From NCBI RefSeq assembly GCF_009914755.1, contig NC_060932.1: a DNA stretch of 64,000 nucleotides; one strand, given 5' to 3'. A program made the position numbers and the translations under genes. This document shows, piece by piece, positions 53,231-64,000 of the stretch (its first letter is position 1; every line of letters begins with the position of its first letter). The DNA is from the human T2T-CHM13v2.0 reference genome, Homo sapiens. The notes beneath the pieces were generated by a model that worked only from the letters and a program-made list of their open reading frames with translations, was not told the DNA's origin and made no database searches.

Positions 53231-53879
53231 GCAGCTGTGAAGGATAACAGTTAACTGGTCACTTGCAGGCAGAGGAGATGTAAGCTAAAGATGGCAGGTA
53301 TAATTTCTGTAGATACCAGGTACCAGGGGAAATGGGGAAGGGTATCACTGAATAGGAATAGAATCCTGGTATTAAATAAAATAGTTTTTCCTTCTATAGG
53401 CCAGCTAGGTTTCAATCTAGTGAATGCTTTGAGTGCATCTTATTAAGAAAAATAATGAGAGTTGAATGAAAAAATAAGGCAGAAGCCCTGACTTGAAAGG
53501 TTTCACCTGTGGTTTACATTAACTAGGCAATGAAAGAACTGCTCACATTTTGTGGGGAGGAAATAAACAGAAGAATAAATAAGACATAACAAGAATTAAA
53601 TCTCTGGCCATAGTAAGTCACTGAAACAAATTATAAGACATTTGACAACCTATTCACTATCCCAAAAATATTATGGATTTGGGCAGAGTGGGAAAGAGAG
53701 GAAAGAAGAGGTGATCCCATATGGATTCCTGGGATGCTTGGCCAAAATATAGGCATTCTTGGAATTAAACCCCATTTAAGTGAACTAATTGCATTTTTTT
53801 TTCTAAATCAGGCGTCTTGGAGTGTTTGAGGGCACATAGATTCCTATTTTTTCACTGTTTTTCCTTGTTCCTTACCCTT

Positions 53880-54280
53880 CCTTCAAGAGAGATGCTAAGG
53901 AACTTCTTCCATGTGCCCCAGTATCCCATTTCTCTCTTGCCACATGGTCTTGTGCATGCACTTTACATGGACACCTGCTCGCCCTCCACTCCAAACATAA
54001 GCCACCTTATTTTGGCTAATTACACTCGGTCTTCAGGTCTCAGGTTAGATGTAACTTCTCAGGCAGTGTTTTTCTTGACTCTCCAGAACTGGTGAGAGTT
54101 TTCTGTTTTGTATTTGTTTTGTCAGCTCATCTAGCAAACTGTCCTCCATTTGCTTATGTAATTGTCCACTTACCCTTCCTGTAAAGTCTTTGTTTGCAAA
54201 GGCTATATGTATCATATATATCATTAGATTCACCTAGAGCAGTGTTCACCACCCACAACCTATTTGCTAAGTGAATGATT
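53880..54280 (+). mobile_element. L2 3' region
   Basis: 'tcttcaggtctcaggttagatgtaacttctcagg...cacctagagcagtg...tatttgctaagtgaatga'. Confidence 0.65.
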
Positions 54281-55804
54281 CATCTGTGGTCCAACAATTT
54301 AGGATGCTGGATAATGTGCATTCTAGATCCTTCTTCCCCTGAGTAATTTAGAGGCTATGGATATAATTGGAAATGTATTGGAAAACAGTTTAAAAAATCA
54401 GGGTTATTGTGGCATGATTATCATCTAAGATATATTACATATTCTTTGTCACATGGTAGACAGCCTGATCAGAAGCCAATCAACTAATATTAATGGAAAT
54501 TATTTTCTTAGCTCATGTCATAATAGAGATCATTCTTCTAGTGTAATCTTTTCTACAACTCCAAGTGGGATACGATTAATAATGTGAAATATGTAACAAT
54601 TTGACATGACTCTAGTGGTTCTAATTTAGTTAACAGAAGTAACAACAGGCTGCAGATCTCTTAAAATCATACTAGTAATTTTTCAGAGAAGAACTTCATA
54701 GAACCTCTCATATGCTGCTGTTCATTGTGAATCTCTCAGGGGATATAGTAAAGAGCATTTCCAACTTGATCATGGGGTACTTTTCTGCTTCTCCCCACAA
54801 CTTCTAGAGCATCATCTAGAACTAGTGCATGTTGCTTTCTACCTACCCAACTACTTGCCTGTTTATTGAAAGAGTGATATGTAAATTTTTACCTTCTCTT
54901 CCCTTTTCCCATGCTTTCATGCCCTTCCACAGTTCCTGTCTGCCATTAAACTTCTATTTTTTCAATTTATTATTTCCTGTCTACAGAAAGAAAGATTGAC
55001 TTCAGATATACTTTTTGTTTTTGTATTGAAAGGAACCCAGGTCTTCCCCAGATGAAAACATAAGCATAAATGAATCATGTTGGGGACTAGTGTGTTGATG
55101 GCAGATGTGGGAATGTGTCCTTACAATTTTCCAGAGGAGGAAGAGCATTTGTAATTATTGGGAACATAATAGAACTATTGAACATGCATATCTCAACTGT
55201 ATAAACCCTCAAATACTTCACTTCTGTTTCTGTAATGGTATAATATGGCAAATATAAAAATAGCAAAGTCAAAAATTAAAAATATGGCATTAGTCAGGGA
55301 CATACATAAAACAGAGCAGGCAAGAGGAGTGAATTTATAATGATAGTTCTTTGGGTTGCTGGAGCCTTGGAGTTTGCTTCTACTTGCTCTGATTGGTCTC
55401 CTTCGCTTGTTCTACCAAATGAGTCAAACCAGTTAATCATCTTGTCCTGTGGTGTGGGACAGAACAAAGAGGTTGGCCACACATAAATCATTTACAAGGC
55501 CCTTTGCTCCTTGCTATCTCTCTCCCTCGTTTGTTTCTCTATACGTCTTCTCTATATGTCTCTCTATTTTTAATTTATTAGCAAGCAGGTTTCTTGTAAA
55601 GTATGCCCATGCCTACCTTTGTTTTTAATTAGAAGTGCTTTAATAATGTGGGAAAGCGCATGGTGAAGCAAAACAGGTCAAATTATGTCCACTAAGTGAC
55701 ATATTTCCAAATGCCTGGCAAAAGAAAGAGAACTTAAACCTGGTACAACTATAATAAGAGTACTATTTAGATTGAAAACATTATCTTGGTTAATTTGCTG
55801 TTTT

Positions 55805-56150
55805 TCTCAATTTTACTTTGAAAAATTTCAAACCTGTAGAGAGGCTGAAACAATAGAACAACAAACTGGTTTTAGAGCTCCTCATCCAGGTTCACCAATT
55901 ACTGGCATTTTGCAGTATTTGCCACCCCCCGACACATGTGCACACATGTGCGCATGCACGCACACCCACCCACCCACACACACACAGATACTTTTAAATT
56001 AAGCCATTTTAAAGATAGTTTCAGATATCTTTACAGTTCATTCCTGAATACTTCAGCCTATATTACCTGCTAAAAGCAAAGACATTCTATTATATAACCA
56101 CCCTATTGTATCATATTCAGGAAATGTAATATAAATTAAAATTTTACTAT
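55805..56150 (-). mobile_element. L1M (MC/ME-like) 3' end fragment
   Basis: 'tttgaaaaatttcaaacctgtagagaggctgaaac...ctgaatacttcagc...aagacattctattatataaccac'. Confidence 0.6.
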
Positions 56151-56251
56151 TACCTAAGAAATGTAAATTTAAGATAATATAGATAATTATAATTCAATTG
56201 TATATTATATTAAATATATATAAATAATATGTATTATGTCTCTTATATATT

Positions 56252-56636
56252 TGTTATGGTCTGAATGTTGCGTCTCTTTAAAATTCGTATGTTCCAGCCC
56301 TAACCCACCATGGGATTTATTTGAAGGTGGTGCCATTGGGAGGTAATTAGGTCTGGAAGAGGTCACGTGGGTGGTACCCTTATGATATTGGGTCCCTTAG
56401 AACAAGAGACAGTAGAAAGCTTCCTCTCTCTCCATGCTTACTCATGGAGGAAAGGCCATGTAAGGACACAGTAAGAGGGTGTCTGTTTGCAAGCCAAGAA
56501 CAGAGCCTTCACCAGCCCTGACCATCCTAGCACCCTAATCATGGACTTCCAGTCTCCGGAACCATGAGAAAACTAATTTCTGTTGTTTAAGCTGCCCATG
56601 CTATGGCATGTTGTTATGGCAGTCTGACCTAAGACT
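56252..56636 (+). mobile_element. MLT1A-like MaLR solo LTR
   Basis: 'tgttatggtctgaatgtt...gaggaaaggccatgtaaggacacag...ggacttccagtctccggaaccatgagaa...ttgttatggcag...ctaagac'. Confidence 0.88.
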
Positions 56637-58555
56637 TTATCATATTAAACATGGCAGTCTGACAAGACTATATCATATTATATAACTGTATGTATTATAG
56701 ATAATATATCTTTATCTTCAAACACATTTTATCTAATGATATACAATTTTAAAGTGTAGAGAAACAGTGTTGGTGGTGAGTATACTGTAATTAAATCACC
56801 TATCTCTCAGGTAGTGTCTCTCCCTAGGAGATGAGTTCTTTAAGATCAAGAATCACATGGAGTCCAGGCCTCCTATACCATTTGTCCTTGCATCCTCACC
56901 ATCTAGAATTGAACTATACTTTGAATTAATTTTATTGACATTAACAGATAGCATGATATTCCTTTAAATAAGATTTTAGGATGTTTTGGAGCAGAATTCA
57001 AGTATATACACATTTCAGAGATAGTGGTTTTATAATTAAGTGGAAAACACTAATAGGGAAGATTTATGAAGAAAGGTTGGACAAGAGTTCTTATTTCCTG
57101 GAATGCTTCTTGCCTCTGTCAGAGAAAGCCTGAATCCATATTAAGTTTGTGAATCTCATGTGCCCACAGTTTTCACCTCTTGACTTGGCCCAGGAGTGCT
57201 GGGACTTAGTCTAGTTGGCCATGTCCATGCGTAGATGTGTCCTGTGGAGCTCTTTTTTCTCTTCTGGTTTGTTTTCTTTGTGTACAACCTCTCTGGGAGT
57301 AGGCATGATGGTGGCTGTGGAATGATCTATAGATAACTCTTGTTTGTCTCTGTTTTTGTCTTTACTTCCCCTGAGAACAGGCTATAAAGAGCAGACCTAT
57401 GTCTCCTGAGCTTTGCTTTGGTAGGGATTTCATTAGCTCCTTCCGTGTCAGGCTTTCTCTATATATTCAATAACCAGATTGTCCATGATGTAAGCAATGG
57501 AGAATTAAACCCACCCACTTATTTTCTGTGTTGCAATTTTCTCTTTTTGCTGTACCTTTGTATCCTCTCTCCTTCCTGCATTTTTTCTTTCCCACTCTTG
57601 GAAGTATTATATATGATCTTCCCTTTCTTTCTTTTCTTCATGTTTCTTATAACTTGAGGCCAAGTTGGTGATAGACTTTTTATGCAGACTTTGTAAGAAG
57701 CTAATACTTTTGGGGTGAAGGCTTTCTCTAATTAAATTGTATCTGTGGTCTTTCAAACTTGAACCTAGTGAAATATGACTCTGTGATCATCTACAGTGAA
57801 GAATAAATACCATGAGTTAACCATGGCTACTCATTTTGAAGGAGGGTTTTCAAACGGAAAATCAAGAAAAGCTTGGGTGCTCTGCCGTGGCATATGGCAA
57901 TGCTAAATTAAAGAAAAAATATAGTTTGTAGTAACAGATGGATTTGAACCACAGTTGAATCTGTTGAATACCTTTTAATATTTAATTTACAATGAATCTT
58001 TAATATAACATTTAACTAAGTGTTCTGTCATATTCCTTTGAAATGTATAAAGCCTTGTCAATGTAATTGTGTCTAGGAGATTTCCTATGAATATTAAGTA
58101 TTTAAAATTAAAACTGTTGTTGAGAAAATGGTAATTTTCCTGAGATTTTTATGGTTCACTTATATTTGTGCTGTTTGAATGTTGTATATATTTCTTAACA
58201 GTCTGTCAGCTTTTTCTTTATTTCCTGTTAGCTATAGAAAAAAAAGGAACCAAATAATGAAAGTAACTTTTAGGCATGGAAATGAAATAAACATGAAAAC
58301 CATGCTGAGGCCATTGAATCTATTCTGTTTGTTGGTATGGAGCCAAATGCCACAACAATGGTTGTAGCTTAATCATAGTTTCTATCCTTCATGGAAATGG
58401 GCTGAATAAATGTAATCACTAAGTAATTGGTAAAACAATGTAGTCAACCACATCTGAAGACACCCATGGATAATTTATATAGAATTACTTACAGTGTACT
58501 TGTGAAGACATTTCATACAAATTTATTTTTAATTTGTTTTAAAAAGTAGTTTAAA

Positions 58556-58792
58556 GCTGGGTATGGTGGCTTATACCTGTAATCTGAGCACTTTGTGGGG
58601 CTGAGGTGGGAGGATTGCTTGAAGCCAGCAGTTCAATACAGCAAGACCCTATGTCTACCAAAAAATAAAGCAAATAATTTACTGGGCATAGTAGTGTGTG
58701 CTTTAGTCGTAGCTACTTGGGAGGCTGAGGCAGGAGGATTATTTGAATCCAGGAGCTCAAGGTTGCAGTGAGCTATGATTGTGCCACTGCAC
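58556..58792 (+). mobile_element. AluJ, 3'-truncated
   Basis: J-type Alu ending at 'gtgccactgcac' without the final ~30 nt or poly(A). Confidence 0.92.
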
Positions 58793-58813
58793 ACACACAC
58801 ACACACACACACA
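58790..58813. repeat. (CA)12 microsatellite
   Basis: direct reading. Confidence 0.95.
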
Positions 58814-59715
58814 AAGTTTTTCAGATAGCAAAGATGGAGAACACAGCATTTTAGATATGTTCTGATTTATGTTTCATACTTCATATGCTTCATTGGATTG
58901 CCACCTCTTAATCATGATTATAACATCTTGGTCCCATTAATATAGAAAAGAAAAATAACAGTGTTCCTACTTCCAGGCCAAGACGACTTATAACAGTGCC
59001 TTCTCTTGCCTTTGATGATATTCTGTATTTTGGTTTGTGTTGGGCTGAGATTATCATTTTAAAAAATATAGTGGGAAAGGGGATGTTAGAGACATGCAAA
59101 ACTCATAGAGAATTATGACTAGATATCAAGCCTTTGTCTAGTAAACACCTGCTGTAGAAGAGAAGGGAAGGACTTGGCTGAGGACCTATTTTTTTCCTGA
59201 TTTGGTAAGAAGAACTTGTACCAAGTTATGGTTTGTTATGCATTTGTAGCTATCAAGACTTCAGAAGACTCACAGGAAAAAAAAATCCAGGTCATAACTC
59301 TCATAGTCTGTTTCTCTGGCCATTTCCTGTGCACCCTCCTACAATTCTGGGTCCTAGAGGTTTTCTTGTTTGTTGGTGTGCTTTTAGTTTTATTTGCCTT
59401 GCTGTGTATTACGGTGTTTCCACATAATGTCCCAATAGGTGTAGATGTTTAAAGACAGCTTTATAATCCTTCCTCTTAATTAGGGCCTGTGGATATATTG
59501 TCCCTTTGAATAAAACCAAACAAGGATGAGCAATGAACCGTTGTCTAATTGGGTGGGTTATGGGGGAATCATCACGACATGGCGGCATCTGCTCTTTAGG
59601 TCTTTGATCTTAGCCTCTGATCTGCGTCTAGCTACTCCCTGTACTTTTCCCCCTCACCCTGACCATTTGATAATGACATGGGAAGATGTATTATTTGATT
59701 TGGCTCATCTCTAGG

Positions 59716-60033
<318 letters not shown>

Positions 60034-60211
60034 TAGTTTTTGACTCTAATGTTGGATTAACCTTGTATATTTTGGGGGGTTATGATACTTTTACAGAGAA
60101 GCAGCTGGGCTTATCCTACATAGCCATTGTTTGATATTTGAACCTGAAGCTTCAGAAAGGAAATGAATAAGCTTTCAATTTCATAATAGGCCAAATGCTC
60201 TAATATTTTAT

Positions 60212-60510
60212 TATTTTTTTTTCTTTTCAAGAGACAGGGTCTTGCTCTGTCACCCAGGCTGGAATACAGTGGCACAATCCTAGCTTACTGCAGCCTTGAA
60301 TTTATGAGCTGAAGAAATTCTTTTACCTCAGCCTCCCAAGTAGCTGGGACTATAGGCAATTGTGATCACACCCAGCTAATTTAAAACACACTTTAGAGAT
60401 GGAGTCTCACATTTTACCCAGGCTGGTGTCAAATTTCTGGCCTCAAGTGATCCTCCTGCCTTGGCCTCCCAAAGTACTGGGATTACAAATGTGAGCCACT
60501 ATGCACTGCC
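60212..60510 (-). mobile_element. AluJ (Jo-like)
   Basis: 'gagacagggtcttgctctgtcacccagg...ctgcagccttgaa'; TSD taatattttt. Confidence 0.93.
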
Positions 60511-63500
60511 TTAATATTTTTATACACTCAATCCATTCATATTTCCTTTGAGCAAATGGTCTCTTTGCCCACTTCAATGAGTGCCAAACTCTGTTGAGTC
60601 TTGGAGCCAGTGGTTTGCTTTAGTTTGGGGGCCATGTAAATGGAATATCAGTTCCCCCTCCGTGGTCTGCCCCATTCCCATGCATTGGCTAACTTTGATA
60701 TCCTTTCCTGAAGGGTATCCTTTTCACGTGTACTTCTTCTGTGGCTTCCTATGTAAAAATAAATAGCATCACTAATGCTCAGCCTATCTTGATTCTTTCT
60801 GAAGGGTAACAAAGGGCAGTGTTGCATTCCAGAATAGTTTTGCTTTTTTAAACAAATAAGAGTGCACAGTGAAATGGATTGTGAGTGATTTGTGCCCCAC
60901 CGTTCAGTGACATTACTGCACCATATGGTGCTCAGTGAATGATTTCAAACATACTGGGAAATGTTACCTACTCTACAGTACAATAGGCATTTCTTTAAAA
61001 ATACATGTAGCAATAAAGCATGGACTTATTTAGCCTTCTTCTCTCCTGTCAGGGATATTCTTTTAACAGAGCTTTTATTTGCTAGTTAATAAACATCACA
61101 TAATATGATTCTACATGCTTGTTCTCCTTGTGCTGGGACATGTGCTGGAGCTGGTGAAGGTTTAATTACTATCTCTGGTGCGATAAAGCTGACAATTCAT
61201 GCAGCCGAGGGGCTCCCTGATAAGGAAGATGATGATGTTATTTTGAATTTACCCTGTCTTGAGAACATATCAGCAATGCATTTAGGATTGCTTACACTGG
61301 AAGGGGATTGAGAGCTGAGAGAAGAGATTAGAGTCAACTATCTGCAGTTGTACACAATTTGAAAGTTTAAACCCCAGAGTTAGCTCACAGTTCATGAGTC
61401 TAAATTCATATTCACTTTTTTTGTTATTACAGAAAAATGGTGTTGATAGACACTTCACCACTGACACTCTCTTATCTCATTTGAGCACCAGGGTTCTGAA
61501 GATCAAACTGATCTTTCTTTCTCAGGCATGCTTTATTTTCCAAAATGGGCTGGGAATTATTTCATCTTCAGGGAAGGGAGCGCAAGGGAGTGAATAATGT
61601 AGATTTAAAAGGCTATTTTTTATATGAGGGATTTGGTTCAAAAAATAATATGAACTTTGCAGAGAGATCCTGTGGGTTTTCGTGGTGACATACTGGTAGT
61701 TTAATGGACATCCTAAATGTGTATTGATGATACTGCATTTCAGTTGGAGAAATTAACCACTGTACCTTCACTTTGCTTTTACCATAAACTATTCCTTTGC
61801 TGTTTAGTGCAAGATGTAATTCACTTAAACGATGACAGAAAGTGTGTGTTTTAAATAGAGTTTGTCTGGTGTTCCTAGCCAGGTGTCCAAAGATGATGAT
61901 GTGATGTTAGAGTTTTAAAGTTGTACTGGTGAAAAGAAGTTGGAGGAAAGAAATGTTAATGAGAATGAGTTTTCAAAGGGTAGTGAGCCATTTCCGTTGA
62001 GCAAGAAAAGTTACTATGAAAGCAGTCTCCTTAAGAGCTACAAGAAGGTAACAATGTACAGATTAAAGCATGTGCAAAGCTTTTGTTTATGAAGAATAGA
62101 CTAAGTATGGTAGAGTTAGGTTGCTCACAGGAATGAGACTAGACCAAAAGGAGACTATTAGGAACTAGCTTTTTCCTCACATCCACGTTCACATCTCATG
62201 TCAGGCATCAGTGAGCTCCCAAATGCTTATTTGTTACTGTCTCAAAAGGACACACTAAATTCCCGTTTCATTTATCTTTAATCTTCCTCTGCCTTCTAAC
62301 AGAGATGGCACATGTATAGCCAGGATCTTCATTGGTTCAGACCTTTTGTTAGGGAAGCAGAACTGGTGACAATTTGGAGTTATAGAACTTTTTAAAAATA
62401 CATTTTATGGTTGCATAATGCATTGAGAATTAAATGCTGACAGTTTTGTCTGAGATTCTTTGGGGCTCTACTTTAATGAGGAGGTAAGACTAGTTTTAAT
62501 TAGCAGATCAAATTTTCACATAAACGAACTTTCTAAGAAGAATGAGAAAATTAGTTTTATTATAAGGAGCTAAATGTTCTTTTTACAACCTTTTCTATAT
62601 TATTCATTTTCATAGTTGACTTTTAAAATCCTATATAATAGAAAAGTGGACTTCAGCTAAGGCTTATATCCAAATTATTAAAGCCTGTGATGAACAGTTG
62701 AAATTAGTGAGGTTGTTTTACAGGGAAAAATATTTTAAGTACAATCCAGAGCGGGGAAAAAATATTTACATGTAGGTTCATTCCATCTCTGTTGCGTTGA
62801 AAGGTGAAGAAAGAAAGCTTTATGAGTTTTCTCTCTGTGTAAGACTCTGTCTGCAGTGGAATCACAAAGTAATTGAACTAAAAAATGTCTGTTAAAGGCA
62901 CCAAGATAATTAGCATGAGTCACTGAAGTATAGGTTCTTAATGTTCCACACGTTGATCTTTGCTATACTTACAGGTGCTGGGGAAGGAGAGAGAAGAAAA
63001 AGAATGTTCAACAAATTCTACATGGGGAAATCAGAGATGGTTAAGAAACCCTCCTCCCGCAGTTGGGCTTTTATCTAATAAAAAAGACAACATGCACACA
63101 AAAAAGGAACGTGAGTTACAGTTCAGACCATGCTCAGTGATGGCAAACCAATGCCCATACAATAATAATAGTAACAAATAAGATTAATGGTGTTGGCTTT
63201 ACAATCTATATTTAATTTTAACAATGGAATTTCATTTGTTACAAATCACCAACATTTGAGAGAAAGCAATAGAATAAATAAAAGTCATTGAGAATTTTCT
63301 TCTCTTATCCAAACTGTTAATTTAGCTGCATTTCATGGAGTCGGCAGTTTCTAAAGCTATAAAGGAATTGTCTGGCAATTGAATTTGTCCCCTTAGTTCA
63401 AATGCATTTTTGAAACAAGGAATTATATTTTTAATCCCTTTTGTGTTAGAGCCCAGGGCAGTGCTTGGAATCCCAAGTGCTGATGATTTTTAGATTTTTA

Positions 63501-64000
63501 ATATAATATGATTTTCAATATGAAAATTCCAGATATTCTACCTCTTTATACTCTCCCACCTCCTGAATCTCAGAAGAAATTTGAGATGTTTCCAGACGTT
63601 GATTTGGTCAAACTGCAATCTGTATCTTATGGTGCTGAAACCTACTTGTATTATGTGTTTTTTGATCACATACATACAAAATCTTACCACTTTCTATCTC
63701 AAGTAAAATTGGAGTTATCAAAACGAATTGAAATGTGCTGTAGTGGTGCTATCTAAAGAGTAAGTGATATGCTGTGTATCATTTGCTTGGGGGAACCCTT
63801 TGATTTGGGGCAATCATTTGTTCCATGCATTTTCTTTTTGCACTAGTTAGCAACAGCAACAGGAGAAAAGAGGAGTGTGTTGGAATTCCAAGTCCTTCCT
63901 GAAAGTCTTTTACCTAAAAGAAGAGATTATCATACCTTCTGACCACAGGCCAGAGAGAATTTTTACAGAATGATGTATTTGGTGAAGAACGAGTGATCCT

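Overview
This is not microbial DNA. It is AT-rich, CpG-depleted primate (human-like) nuclear non-coding sequence, either deep intron or intergenic. I find no supportable protein-coding exon, RNA gene, CpG island or CRISPR array, and I cannot identify a host gene. The ORF track is chance ORFs plus translations of Alu, THE1 and L1 remnants. The window is a mosaic of interspersed repeats: 12 Alu-family copies (J, S, Y, a free monomer, a tailless fragment), solo LTRs (THE1, MST/MLT1, MER4 nested in another ERV1 LTR), L1PA/L1M, L2, L3/CR1, MIR, and DNA transposons (Charlie1a, MER5A, MER44, MER58A). Subfamily names come from my recall of consensus sequences, and boundaries of old elements are approximate. 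I see no evidence of a novel biological system. The most unusual directly visible structure is a chimeric 184-bp segment (47462-47645) built from a 39-bp copy of sequence 1.8 kb upstream and a 144-bp copy of sequence 2.6 kb downstream. Other likely repair or template-switch scars are a tailless Alu fragment replacing part of an LTR, a micro-inversion inside an Alu, palindromes and several short tandem duplications.
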